Shown here piece after piece: positions 13,201 through 27,150 of a stretch of DNA of 64,000 nucleotides. Location of the stretch: assembly GCA_964016885.1 (NCBI GenBank), contig OZ024752.1:5952001-6016000 (forward strand). Reading direction: 5' to 3'. Position 1 is the first letter of the stretch. Every line of letters begins with the position of its first letter. The notes below the pieces were generated by a model that did not search any database, was not told the origin of the DNA, and was given only the letters and a program-made list of their open reading frames with translations. A program made the translations under genes and the position numbers. The stretch is from Eledone cirrhosa. Taxonomy: Eukaryota.

Positions 13201-16200
13201 ACAATTGTTGTTTATTTCTGTAGGTTTATCTGTCATATGTTGACAATTGTTGTTTATTTCTGTAGATCTGTTATATGTTGACAATTGTTGTTTATTTCTG
13301 TAGGTTTATCTGGCATATGTTGACAATTGTTGTTTATTTCTGTAGGTTTATCTGTCATATGTTGACAATTGTTGTTTATTTCTGTAGGATTATCTGTCAT
13401 ATGTTGACAATTGTTGTTTATTTCTGTAGGTTTATCTGTCATATGTTGACAATTGTTGTTTATTTCTGTAGGATTATCTGTCATATGTTGACAATTGTTG
13501 TTTATTTCTGTAGGATTATCTGTCATATGTTGACAATTGTTGTTTATTTCTGTAGGATTATCTGTCATATGTTGACAATTGTTGTTTATTTCTGTAGGAT
13601 TATCTGTCATATGTTGAGAATTGTTGTTTATTTCTGTAGGTTTATCTGGCATATGTTGACAATTGTTGTTTATTTCTGTAGGTTTATCTGTCATATGTTG
13701 ACAATTGTTGTTTATTTCTGTAGGTTTATCTGTCATATGTTGACAAGTGTTGTTTATTTCTGTAGATCTGTCATATGTTGACAATTGTTGTTTATTTCTG
13801 TAGGATTATCTGTCATATGTTGACAATTGTTGTTTATTTCTGTAGGTTTATCTGTCATATGTTGACAATTGTTGTTTATTTCTGTAGGATTATGTCATAT
13901 GTTGACAATTGTTGTTTATTTCTGTAGGTTTATCTGTCATATGTTGACAATTGTTGTTTATTTCTGTAGATCTGTCATATGTTGACAATTGTTGTTTATT
14001 TCTGTAGGTTTATCTGTCATATGTTGACAATTGTTGTTTATTTCTGTAGATCTGTCATATGTTGACAATTGTTGTTTATTTCTGTAGATCTGTCATATGT
14101 TGACAATTGTTGTTTATTTCTGTAGGTTTATCTGTCATGTTGACAATTGTTGTTTATTTCTGTAGGATTATCTGTCATATGTTGACAATTGTTGTTTATT
14201 TCTGTAGGATTATCTGTCATATGTTGACAATTGTTGTTTATTTCTGTAGATCTGTCATATGTTGACAATTGTTGTTTATTTCTGTAGGATTATCTGTCAT
14301 ATGTTGACAATTGTTGTTTATTTCTGTAGGATTATCTGTCATATGTTGACAATTGTTGTTTATTTCTGTAGGATTATCTGTCATATGTTGACAATTGTTG
14401 TTTATTTCTGTAGGATTATCTGTCATATGTTGACAATTGTTGTTTATTTCTGTAGGTTTATCTGTCATATGTTGACAATTGTTGTTTATTTCTGTAGGTT
14501 TATCTGTCATATGTTGACAATTGTTGTTTATTTCTGTAGATCTGTCATATGTTGACAATTGTTTATTTCTGTAGGATTATCTGTCATATGTTGACAATTG
14601 TTGTTTATTTCTGTAGGTTTATCTGTCATATATTGACAATTGTTGTTCATTTCTGTAGATCTGTCATATGTTGACAATTGTTGTTTATTTCTGTAGGATT
14701 ATCTGTCATATGTTGACAATTGTTGTTTATTTCTGTAGGATTATCTGTCATATGTTGACAATTGTTGTTTATTTCTGTAGGTTTATCTGTCATATGTTGA
14801 CAATTGTTGTTTATTTCTGTAGGATTATCTGTCATATGTTGACAATTGTTGTTTATTTCTGTAGGATTATCTGTCATATGTTGACAATTGTTGTTTATTT
14901 CTGTAGGATTATCTGTCATATGTTGACAATTGTTGTTTATTTCTGTAGGATTATCTGTCATATGTTGACAATTGTTGTTTATTTCTGTAGGATTATCTGT
15001 CATATGTTGACAAGTGTTGTTTATTTCTGTAGGATTATCTGTCATATGTTGACAATTGTTGTTTATTTCTGTAGATCTGTAATATGTTGACAATTGTTGT
15101 TTATTTCTGTAGGATTATCTGTCATATGTTGACAATTGTTGTTATTTCTGTAGATCTGTCATATGTTGACAATTGTTGTTTATTTCTGTTGGATTATCTG
15201 TCATATGTTGACAATTGTTGTTTATTTCTGTAGGTTTATCTGTCATATGTTGACAATTGTTGTTTATTTCTGTAGATCTGTCATATGTTGACAATTGTTG
15301 TTTATTTCTGTAGGTTTATCTGTCATATGTTGACAATTGTTGTTTATTTCTGTAGATCTGTCATATGTTGACAATTGTTGTTTATTTCTGTAGGATTATC
15401 TGTCATATGTTGACAATTGTTGTTTATTTCTGTAGGTTTATCTGTCATATGTTGACAATTGTTGTTTATTTCTGTAGGATTATCTGTCATATGTTGACAA
15501 TTGTTGTTTATTTCTGTAGGTTTATCTGTCATATGTTGACAATTGTTGTTTATTTCTGTAGGTTTATCTGTCATATGTTGACAATTGTTGTTTATTTCTG
15601 TAGATCTGTCATATGTTGACAATTGTTGTTTATTTCTGTAGGTTTATCTGTCATATGTTGACAATTGTTGTTTATTTCTGTAGGATTATCTGTCATATGT
15701 TGACAATTGTTGTTTATTTCTGTAGGTTTATCTGTCATATGTTGACAATTGTTGTTTATTTCTGTAGGATTATCTGTCATATGTTGACAATTGTTGTTTA
15801 TTTCTGTAGGTTTATCTGTCATATGTTGACAATTGTTGTTTATTTCTGTAGATCTGTCATATGTTGACAATTGTTGTTTATTTCTGTAGGTTTATCTGGC
15901 ATATGTTGACAATTGTTGTTTATTTCTGTAGGTTTATCTGTCATATGTTGACAATTGTTGTTTATTTCTGTAGGATTATCTGTCATATGTTGACAATTGT
16001 TGTTTATTTCTGTAGGTTTATCTGTCATATGTTGACAATTGTTGTTTATTTCTGTAGGATTATCTGTCATATGTTGACAATTGTTGTTTATTTCTGTAGG
16101 ATTATCTGTCATATGTTGACAATTGTTGTTTATTTCTGTAGGATTATCTGTCATATGTTGACAATTGTTGTTTATTTCTGTAGGATTATCTGTCATATGT

Positions 16201-19200
16201 TGAGAATTGTTGTTTATTTCTGTAGGTTTATCTGGCATATGTTGACAATTGTTGTTTATTTCTGTAGGTTTATCTGTCATATGTTGACAATTGTTGTTTA
16301 TTTCTGTAGGTTTATCTGTCATATGTTGACAAGTGTTGTTTATTTCTGTAGATCTGTCATATGTTGACAATTGTTGTTTATTTCTGTAGGATTATCTGTC
16401 ATATGTTGACAATTGTTGTTTATTTCTGTAGGTTTATCTGTCATATGTTGACAATTGTTGTTTATTTCTGTAGGATTATCTGTCATATGTTGACAATTGT
16501 TGTTTATTTCTGTAGGTTTATCTGTCATATGTTGACAATTGTTGTTTATTTCTGTAGGTTTATCTGTCATATGTTGACAATTGTTGTTTATTTCTGTAGA
16601 TCTGTCATATGTTGACAATTGTTGTTTATTTCTGTAGGTTTATCTGTCATATGTTGACAATTGTTGTTTATTTCTGTAGGATTATCTGTCATAGGTTGAC
16701 AATTGTTGTTTATTTCTGTAGGTTTATCTGTCATATGTTGACAATTGTTGTTTATTTCTGTAGGATTATCTGTCATATGTTGACAATTGTTGTTTATTTC
16801 TGTAGGTTTATCTGTCATATGTTGACAATTGTTGTTTATTTCTGTAGATCTGTTATATGTTGACAATTGTTGTTTATTTCTGTAGGTTTATCTGGCATAT
16901 GTTGACAATTGTTGTTTATTTCTGTAGGTTTATCTGTCATATGTTGACAATTGTTGTTTATTTCTGTAGGATTATCTGTCATATGTTGACAATTGTTGTT
17001 TATTTCTGTAGGTTTATCTGTCATATGTTGACAATTGTTGTTTATTTCTGTAGGATTATCTGTCATATGTTGACAATTGTTGTTTATTTCTGTAGGATTA
17101 TCTGTCATATGTTGACAATTGTTGTTTATTTCTGTAGGATTATCTGTCATATGTTGACAATTGTTGTTTATTTCTGTAGGATTATCTGTCATATGTTGAG
17201 AATTGTTGTTTATTTCTGTAGGTTTATCTGGCATATGTTGACAATTGTTGTTTATTTCTGTAGGTTTATCTGTCATATGTTGACAATTGTTGTTTATTTC
17301 TGTAGGTTTATCTGTCATATGTTGACAAGTGTTGTTTATTTCTGTAGATCTGTCATATGTTGACAATTGTTGTTTATTTCTGTAGGATTATCTGTCATAT
17401 GTTGACAATTGTTGTTTATTTCTGTAGGTTTATCTGTCATATGTTGACAATTGTTGTTTATTTCTGTAGGATTATGTCATATGTTGACAATTGTTGTTTA
17501 TTTCTGTAGGTTTATCTGTCATATGTTGACAATTGTTGTTTATTTCTGTAGATCTGTCATATGTTGACAATTGTTGTTTATTTCTGTAGATCTGTCATAT
17601 GTTGACAATTGTTGTTTATTTCTGTAGATCTGTCATATGTTGACAATTGTTGTTTATTTCTGTAGGTTTATCTGTCATGTTGACAATTGTTGTTTATTTC
17701 TGTAGGATTATCTGTCATATGTTGACAATTGTTGTTTATTTCTGTAGGATTATCTGTCATATGTTGACAATTGTTGTTTATTTCTGTAGATCTGTCATAT
17801 GTTGACAATTGTTGTTTATTTCTGTAGGATTATCTGTCATATGTTGACAATTGTTGTTTATTTCTGTAGGATTATCTGTCATATGTTGACAATTGTTGTT
17901 TATTTCTGTAGGATTATCTGTCATATGTTGACAATTGTTGTTTATTTCTGTAGGATTATCTGTCATATGTTGACAATTGTTGTTTATTTCTGTAGGTTTA
18001 TCTGTCATATGTTGACAATTGTTGTTTATTTCTGTAGGTTTATCTGTCATATGTTGACAATTGTTGTTTATTTCTGTAGATCTGTCATATGTTGACAATT
18101 GTTTATTTCTGTAGGATTATCTGTCATATGTTGACAATTGTTGTTTATTTCTGTAGGTTTATCTGTCATATATTGACAATTGTTGTTCATTTCTGTAGAT
18201 CTGTCATATGTTGACAATTGTTGTTTATTTCTGTAGGATTATCTGTCATATGTTGACAATTGTTGTTTATTTCTGTAGGATTATCTGTCATATGTTGACA
18301 ATTGTTGTTTATTTCTGTAGGTTTATCTGTCATATGTTGACAATTGTTGTTTATTTCTGTAGGATTATCTGTCATATGTTGACAATTGTTGTTTATTTCT
18401 GTAGGATTATCTGTCATATGTTGACAATTGTTGTTTATTTCTGTAGGATTATCTGTCATATGTTGACAATTGTTGTTTATTTCTGTAGGATTATCTGTCA
18501 TATGTTGACAATTGTTGTTTATTTCTGTAGGATTATCTGTCATATGTTGACAATTGTTGTTTATTTCTGTAGATCTGTAATATGTTGACAATTGTTGTTT
18601 ATTTCTGTAGGATTATCTGTCATATGTTGACAATTGTTGTTATTTCTGTAGATCTGTCATATGTTGACAATTGTTGTTTATTTCTGTTGGATTATCTGTC
18701 ATATGTTGACAATTGTTGTTTATTTCTGTAGGTTTATCTGTCATATGTTGACAATTGTTGTTTATTTCTGTAGATCTGTCATATGTTGACAATTGTTGTT
18801 TATTTCTGTAGGATAATCTGTCATATGTTGACAATTGTTGTTTATTTCTGTAGGTTTATCTGTCATATGTTGACAATTGTTGTTTATTTCTGTAGGATTA
18901 TCTGTCATATGTTGACAATTGTTGTTTATTTCTGTAGGATTATCTGTCATATGTTGAGAATTGTTGTTTATTTCTGTAGGTTTATCTGGCATATGTTGAC
19001 AATTGTTGTTTATTTCTGTAGGTTTATCTGTCATATGTTGACAATTGTTGTTTATTTCTGTAGGTTTATCTGTCATATGTTGACAAGTGTTGTTTATTTC
19101 TGTAGATCTGTCATATGTTGACAATTGTTGTTTATTTCTGTAGGATTATCTGTCATATGTTGACAATTGTTGTTTATTTCTGTAGGTTTATCTGTCATAT

Positions 19201-21163
19201 GTTGACAATTGTTGTTTATTTCTGTAGGATTATCTGTCATATGTTGACAATTGTTGTTTATTTCTGTAGATCTGTCATATGTTGACAATTGTTGTTTATT
19301 TCTGTAGATCTGTCATATGTTGACAATTGTTGTTTATTTCTGTAGGTTTATCTGTCATATGTTGACAATTGTTGTTTATTTCTGTAGATCTGTCATATGT
19401 TGACAATTGTTGTTTATTTCTGTAGATCTGTCATATGTTGACAATTGTTGTTTATTTCTGTAGGTTTATCTGTCATGTTGACAATTGTTGTTTATTTCTG
19501 TAGGATTATCTGTCATATGTTGACAATTGTTGTTTATTTCTGTAGGATTATCTGTCATATGTTGACAATTGTTGTTTATTTCTGTAGGATTATCTGTCAT
19601 ATGTTGACAATTGTTGTTTATTTCTGTAGGATTATCTGTCATATGTTGACAATTGTTGTTTATTTCTGTAGGTTTATCTGTCATATGTTGACAATTGTTG
19701 TTTATTTCTGTAGATCTGTCATATGTTGACAATTGTTGTTTATTTCTGTAGGATTATGTCATATGTTGACAATTGTTGTTTATTTCTGTAGATCTGTCAT
19801 ATGTTGACAATTGTTGTTTATTTCTGTAGGTTTATCTGTCATATGTTGACAATTGTTGTTTATTTCTGTAGGATTATCTGTCATGTTGACAATTGTTGTT
19901 TATTTCTGTAGGATTATCTGTCATATGTTGACAATTGTTGTTTATTTCTGTAGGATTATCTGTCATATGTTGACAATTGTTGTTTATTTCTGTAGGATTA
20001 TCTGTCATATGTTGACAATTGTTGTTTATTTCTGTAGGATTATCTGTCATATGTTGACAATTGTTGTTTATTTCTGTAGGTTTATCTGTCATATGTTGAC
20101 AATTGTTGTTTATTTCTGTAGGTTTATCTGTCATATGTTGACAATTGTTGTTTATTTCTGTAGGTTTATCTGTCATATGTTGACAATTGTTGTTTATTTC
20201 TGTAGGATTATCTGTCATATGTTGACAATTGTTGTTTATTTATTTTTGTAGGATTATCTGTCATATGTTGACAATTGTTGTTTATTTCTGTAGATCTGTC
20301 ATATGTTGACAATTGTTGTTTATTTCTGTAGGATTATCTGTCATATGTTGACAATTGTTGTTTATTTCTGTAGGTTTATCTGTCATATGTTGACAATTGT
20401 TGTTTATTTCTGTAGGATTATCTGTCATATGTTGACAATTGTTGTTTATTTCTGTAGATCTGTCATATGTTGACAATTGTTGTTTATTTCTGTAGGATTA
20501 TCTGTCATATGTTGACAATTGTTGTTTATTTCTGTAGGTTTATCTGTCATATGTTGACAATTGTTGTTTATTTCTGTAGGATTATCTGTCATATGTTGAC
20601 AATTGTTGTTTATTTCTGTAGATCTGTCATATGTTGACAATTGTTGTTTATTTCTGTAGGTTTATCTGGCATATGTTGACAATTGTTGTTTATTTCTGTA
20701 GGATTATCTGTCATATGTTGACAATTGTTGTTTATTTCTGTAGGTTTATCTGTCATATGTTGACAATTGTTGTTTATTTCTGTAGGTTTATCTGTCATAT
20801 GTTGACAATTGTTGTTTATTTCTGTAGATCTGTCATATGTTGACAATTGTTGTTTATTTCTGTAGGTTTATCTGTCATATGTTGACAATTGTTGTTTATT
20901 TCTGTAGGTTTATCTGTCATATGTTGACAATTGTTGTTTATTTCTGTAGGTTTATCTGTCATATGTTGACAATTGTTGTTTATTTCTGTAGGTTTATCTG
21001 TCATATGTTGACAATTGTTGTTTATTTCTGTAGGTTTATCTGTCATATGTCGACAATTGTTGTTTATTTCTGTAGGATTATGTCATATGTTGACAATTGT
21101 TGTTTATTTCTGTAGGTTTATCTGTCATATGTTGACAATTGTTGTTTATTTCTGTAGGTTTAT
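10296..21163 (+). repeat. 10.9-kb satellite of 42/38-bp units (~260 copies); each unit is a copy of the exon G splice acceptor
   Basis: Unit atatgttgacaattgttgtttatttctgtag|g(t/a)ttatctgtc; the last unit runs straight into exon G. Confidence 0.96.
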
Positions 21164-21262
21164 GCAACAATGCAGGACCAATTAAAGGAGGAACGTTCAA
21201 CCGCAAATGGCGAGAAAATGATGGCGCATATTAAGGAAATTGCTCAACAACTATACCTAAAT
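21158..21262 (+). CDS. SBF2: Sbf exon G: VYATMQDQLKEERSTANGEKMMAHIKEIAQQLYLN
   Basis: The acceptor is the last unit of the 42-bp satellite (tttctgtag|GTTTATGCA); donor gtaggt; 105 nt; HIKEIAQQLY-N-ENP continues into the next exon. Confidence 0.88.
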
Positions 21263-21897
21263 GTAGGTTGTCTTTTTAGTTGTGACATATATTTAAATGT
21301 TGACCATTCAGGTATATATATATATATAGCCAGGTGTGACCTGTGTCACATTTCTATCAATGTTGGACATCCAGATATATAGTCAGACTATACAGTATGT
21401 GTTCTGTGACAATTATTTCACAGCAATGTAGTTTATATAAAGTATTGTGAAGGTAAAACCACTCCAGAGTAACTTAGAAATAAAGGAGTGAAAACCAGAG
21501 TAAGACAAAACAATAATTTACACTATTAGCTTATATTCTTGATATTTCGAAGTTAGGGGCCTTTTTTCAAAAGAAAGGAAATGGTATGTGGTTTTGATGA
21601 TAAGCAGCTCTAAAGATGTTGACCACTCAGGTATATAATCAGATAACCAGGTGTAAAACAAAACATAAATTGTCCAGGGAAGCTGGATTTGATTCTAACA
21701 GAGATGACCATCAGTAAAAGAAAGTAAGAAGTAAAATAGCCAACTTCCATATTTCTTTGAAATCTTCATATCTGTATTGAAGGAATTTATTGTTGCCATC
21801 TTACCACAATGGCATGTGTGGTGGGATAGAGCTTTTTAAGGTAGCATTTTGTGGCTGAATTCCCTTCATGATACCATTCCATACTTTATTTTTTAAG

Positions 21898-22225
21898 TAT
21901 GAGGGCCAGCTGAAAAGTTCATAGACTGACCAAGATACTCTTATGGAATGTGACTAAATGAGGTTTATTTTTCAACATAGTCCCCCTTGCAGTTTACACA
22001 CTTCTTCCATTGGTGTTGCAATGCTTCGATTCCATTGGTGAAGAAGCTTTCATCCTGTTGGTAAAAAAAGTCATCAACAGCAGATATGACATATCACTGC
22101 AATACTGGTTCCTAACCAAGTGGTTTTTCATGTTGGGGAACTGATAATAGTCAGATGGGGCCAAATCAGGAGAATAGGGAGGGTGATCAACCAGTTCAAA
22201 GCCATAGTCTAGAGACATGAAAATC
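21898..22225 (-). mobile_element. mariner transposon 3' relic
   Basis: HPPYSPDLAPSDY motif in ORF 21994-22227; TA followed by a TIR-like tgagggccagctgaaaagt. Confidence 0.85.
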
Positions 22226-22269
22226 ATTGTTAGTGTCTGTTTTTAGAAATATTGTATTGAAAAGTTTAA

Positions 22270-22555
22270 TAAATATTTCATATAAATACAGGTGATATAT
22301 AATACAATATTTTACATAAATATTTCATATAAATACAGGTGATATATAATACAATATTTTACATAAATATTTCATATAAATACAGGTGATATATAATACA
22401 ATATTTTACATAAATATTTCATATAAATACAGGTGATATATAATACAATATTTTACATAAATATTTCATATAAATACAGGTGATATATAATACAATATTT
22501 TACATAAATATTTCATATAAATACAGGTGATATATAATACAATATTTTACATAAA
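22270..22555. repeat. 47-bp AT-rich minisatellite, ~6 copies
   Basis: Unit ataaatatttcatataaatacaggtgatatataatacaatattttac. Confidence 0.92.
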
Positions 22556-22836
22556 CAAAGAAAGGAGTAATCAATTTATGAAGTGTTGAACAAATTTGTA
22601 TTTTGAAAGTATGTTAGCTTCTTGCAAGCTGCTACAACTCAGGTTTGACTATAAAATAGTGGAACAAGTTTGGTGTAGAAAATAGGGACAGAGCCACCTC
22701 CATGAATCAGCTATATACATCTGCTATATACATTACAGTTGACACTGTTCATGAAAGAGTTAAATCTGTGTCCTAGAAAATTACAATAACTTTATAGAAA
22801 TTTATTTTCATTGGACATTGTTTTGTTTTTCTTCAG

Positions 22837-22991
22837 GAAAACCCTAACTCGCAGACATACGTGCCTAAATTTCCGAAACCCACAGAAGGTGCCTATTCAC
22901 GGATACACCAAATGCCCTTTCCAAAGCTAGATGGTTCCATCATTCTGAATATAATTCAAGAAGGAGTTGCTAAGCACAATCTTAATAACAA
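22837..22991 (+). CDS. SBF2: Sbf exon H: ENPNSQTYVPKFPKPTEGAYSRIHQMPFPKLDGSIILNIIQEGVAKHNLN
   Basis: tttcttcag acceptor, gtaagt donor; ends in phase 2. Confidence 0.92.
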
Positions 22992-23326
22992 GTAAGTAAA
23001 GGTTTTAGTCTGTTACAGGTAAAGCTAAAGGTTGAAACCAAACTAGAAAGACACATCAGTTATTTCTGGTGTTATGTTGTTGTGAATTTCTATTGAAAAC
23101 TCTGCAGATCAATACATAAAGCTGATTATCAGATGAGATCAAGGAAACTATACGTCTTTCTATTGTTAATAATATCTGCCAATTGTAACTTCTTGCAGAA
23201 AGAAGGAGCCAGTTGTCAGTTGAGACCAAGGGAACTAGACTTCCATTACTGATATTATCTGTTAATCCCAAATCTATGTAGAAGTGTGACTGCTTTTCCT
23301 GTGACAGGAAGCAGGAACTCAGAATG

Positions 23327-23907
23327 TACAGATCTGGAAGAGATACTTCAGATCTGGATGCAATACTACAGATCTGGAAGAGATACTACAGATCTGGAAG
23401 AGATACTACAGATCTGGATGAGATACTACAGATCTGGAAGAGATACTACAGATCTGGAAGAGATACTACAAATCTGGAAGAAATACTACAGATCTGGAAG
23501 TGATATTACAGATCTGGAAGTGATATTACAGATCTGGAAGTGATACTACAGATCTGGAAGTGATACTACAGATCTGGAAGTGATACTACAAATCTGGAAG
23601 TGATACTACAAATCTGGAAGTGATACTACAAATCTGGAAGTGATACCACAGATCTGGAAGTGATACTACAGGTCTCGAAGAAATGCTACAAATCTGGAAA
23701 TGATACTACAGATCTGGAAGAGATGCTACAAATCTGGAAGAGATACTACAGATGTGGAAGTGATACTACAGATGTGGAAGTGATACTACAGATGTGGAAG
23801 TGATACTACAGATGTGGAAGTGATACTACAGATGTGGAAGTGATACTACAGATCTGGAAGTGATACTACAGATCTGGAAGAGATACTACAGATGTGGAAC
23901 AGATACC
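23327..23907. repeat. 20-bp minisatellite (tacagatctggaagtgatac), ~29 copies
   Basis: Read directly. Confidence 0.94.
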
Positions 23908-23939
23908 ATAAAACATCCCATTTGACTTCTTAACAGTTC

Positions 23940-24320
23940 TGTCAATCTACCACATTTGAACTGATATTTTATTAACCTTGAAGGGGTGAAAGGCAAATTT
24001 GAACTTGGTAGGATTTGAATCTGTCGTGAAGAGGACTAAATAGTCGGTTAAGCCAGCAATCTAACGACCAAATCTAGTTTTAAGGTGAAATAATAGTTTC
24101 TGATTTTAGGCGCAAGGCCAACAGTTTTTTTGGGGGAAGGAAAAAGTTGTGTGTTACTGGTACTTTATTTTATCGACCCTATAAGGATGAAAGGCAAAGT
24201 TAACCGTGGCAAGATTTGAACTCAGTATGTAAAGAGCTATAACTCTATGCCACAAAGCATGTTGTTCAACACTCTACTGACACTGCTGATCCATTGCTCT
24301 AAGGTGAAATAATAATAAAA
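23940..24320 (-). mobile_element. Two antisense SINE family 1 copies
   Basis: ggatgaaaggcaaagtt...gatttgaactcag cores. Confidence 0.7.
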
Positions 24321-24426
24321 AACAACTGATTTAGCGAGAGAGTGTAAAGAGGAGTATCACTTCTCTTTACACTATTTGGGTAAATCACTAATGCTTAGAC
24401 ACTTAACATGTGCATGCTGAATAATT

Positions 24427-25680
24427 ATGTTGGTCTTACTGTCATTACTATGACTAATGTTGGTCTTACTGTCATTACTATGACTAATGTTGGTCTTAAT
24501 GTCATTACTATGACTAATGTTGGTCTTACTGTCATTACTATGACTAATGTTGGTCTTAATGACATTCCTATGACTAATGTTGGTCTTACTGTCATTACTA
24601 TGACTAATGTTGGTCTTACTGTCATTACCATGACTAATGTTGGTCTTACTGTCATTACTATGACTAATATTGGTCTTACTGTCATTACTATGACTAATGT
24701 TGGTCTTAATGACATTACTATTACTAATGCTGGTCTTAATGACATTACTATGACTAATGTTGGTCTTACTGTCATTACTAGGACTAATGTTGGTCTTAAT
24801 GACATTCCTATGACTAATGTTGGTCTTAATGACATTCCTATGACTAATGTTGGTCTTAATGACATTACTATTACTAATGTTGGTCTAATGTCATTACTAT
24901 GACTAATGTTGGTCTTACTGTCATTACCATGACTAATGTTGGTCTTACTGTCATTACCATGACTAATGTTGGTCTTACTGTCATTACTATGACTAATGTT
25001 GGTCTTACTGTCATTACTATGACTAATGTTGGTCTTACTGTCATTACTATGACTAATGTTGGTCTTACTGTCATTACTATGACTAATGTTGGTCTTAATG
25101 TCATTACTATGACTAATGTTGGTCTTACTGTCATTCCTATGACTAATGTTGGTCTTAATGACATTCCTATGACTAATGTTGGTCTTACTGTCATTACTAT
25201 GACTAATGTTGGTCTTACTGTCATTACTATGACTGTTGGTCTTACTGTCATTACTATGACTAATGTTGGTCTTAATGACATTCCTATGACTAATGTTGGT
25301 CTTACTGTCATTACTATGACTAATGTTGGTTTTAATGACATTCCTATGACTAATGTTGGTCTTACTGTCATTACTATGACTAATGTTGGTCTTACTGTCA
25401 TTACTATGACTAATGTTGGTCTTAATGACATTCCTATGACTAATGTTGGTCTTACTGTCATTACTATGACTAATGTTGGTCTTAATGACATTCCTATGAC
25501 TAATGTTGGTCTTAATGACATTCCTATGACTAATGTTGGTCTTACTGTCATTCCTATGACTAATGTTGGTCTTAATGTCATTCCTATGACTAATGTTGGT
25601 CTTACTGTCATTACTATGACTAATGTTGGTCTTAATGACATTTCTATGACTAATGTTGGTCTTAATGACATTACTATGTT
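24427..25680. repeat. 30-bp minisatellite (tgttggtcttactgtcattactatgactaa), ~42 copies
   Basis: Read directly. Confidence 0.95.
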
Positions 25681-26797
25681 GGTCCTACAGGAACAGGTGT
25701 GGTCAATGGCATTATGACTGTTGTCATGTTGGTCCTACAGGAAGAGGTCTGGTCAATGACACTACTGTAGTTATGTTGGTCCTACAGGAAGAGGTCTGGT
25801 CAATGACACTACTGTAGTTATGTTGGTCCTACATGAAGAGGTCTGGTCAATGACACTACTGTAGTTATGTTGGTCCTACATGAAGAGGTCTGGTCAATGA
25901 CTACTGTAGTTATGTTGGTCCTACAGGAAGAGGTCTGGTCAATGACACTACTGTAGTTATGTTGGTCCTACATGAAGAGGTCTGGTCAATGACACTACTG
26001 TAGTTATGTTGGTCCTACAGGAAGAGGTCTGGTCAATGACACTACTGTAGTTATGTTGGTCCTACAGGAAGAGGTCTGGTCAATGACACTACTGTAGTTA
26101 TGTTGGTCCTACAGGAAGAGGTCTGGTCAATGGCACTACTGTAGTTATGTTGGTCCTACAGGAAGAGGTCTGGTCAATGACACTACTGTAGTTATGTTGG
26201 TCCTACAGGAAGAGGTCTGGTCAATGACACTACTGTAGTTATGTTGGTCCTACAGGAAGAGGTCTGGTCAATGGCACTACTGTAGTTATGTTGGTCCTAC
26301 AGGAAGAGGTCTGGTCAATGACACTACTGTAGTTATGTTGGTCCTACAGGAAGAGGTCTGGTCAATGGCACTACTGTAGTTATGTTGGTCCTACAGGAAG
26401 AGGTCTGGTCAATGACACTACTGTAGTTATGTTGGTCCTACAGGAAGAGGTCTGGTCAATGGCACTACTGTAGTTATGTTGGTCCTACAGGAAGAGGTCT
26501 GGTCAATGACACTACTGTAGTTATGTTGGTCCTACAGGAAGAGGTCTGGTCAATGATACTACTGTAGATATGTTGGTCCTAGAGGAAGAGGTCTGGTCAA
26601 TGACATTACTGTAGTTATGTTGGTCCTACAGGAAGAGGTCTGGTCAATGACACTACTGTAGTTATGTTGGTCCTACATGAAGAGGTCTGGTCAATGACAC
26701 TACTGTAGTTATGTTGGTCCTACAGGAAGAGGTCTGGTCAATGACATTACTGTAGTTATGTTGGTCCTACAGGAAGAGGTCTGGTCAATGACATTAC
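25675..26797. repeat. 47-bp minisatellite (ttatgttggtcctacaggaagaggtctggtcaatgacactactgtag), ~24 copies
   Basis: Read directly; abuts the 30-bp array. Confidence 0.95.
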
Positions 26798-26869
26798 CAT
26801 GACTGTAGAGTTTATCCCAACCTATCAATACCCACTCGTAGTACTGCTGCACCAGGGATATTTGAAGTT

Positions 26870-27150
26870 TATTCTGACTGAAAGTTCCATGGGTAAATCA
26901 GAAACTATCTGTATTATATCATGGAAGAGTTATTGTAGCCATTAAAAAATCACAGAAAAACTGTTAAATTTACTTTGTATTTATCACTTATTTCTTGTCA
27001 AAATTTTCATCACACTGTTTGCGACCTGGTCACTGGCACAGCTCTACTGCAACTGACTTGACACCTAGAAATAAATAATAAATGTAAAGTTAACAGATAT
27101 GTGTTGTTTTTGTTTTTTTTATTACTAAAATGACTCTACCATGCTGTAAT
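26870..27150. mobile_element. Palindromic MITE-like element, same family as 33580-36150
   Basis: Shares atcatggaag...ctgttaaat...ttatttcttg...tgtttgcgacctggtcac with the 33.6-kb element; internal inverted symmetry. Confidence 0.6.

Noticed and set aside
10356-21115. Dozens of ORFs (TEINNNCQHMTDKP / MLTIVVYFCRIICH repeats)
   Set aside because: By-products of a 42-bp unit, regularly broken by 38-bp units, intronic, with no coding signature.
24408-25717. Long 10-aa-repeat ORFs, and similar ones at 40961, 50303 and 53922
   Set aside because: Unit lengths divisible by 3 give open frames by chance; no splice or start context.
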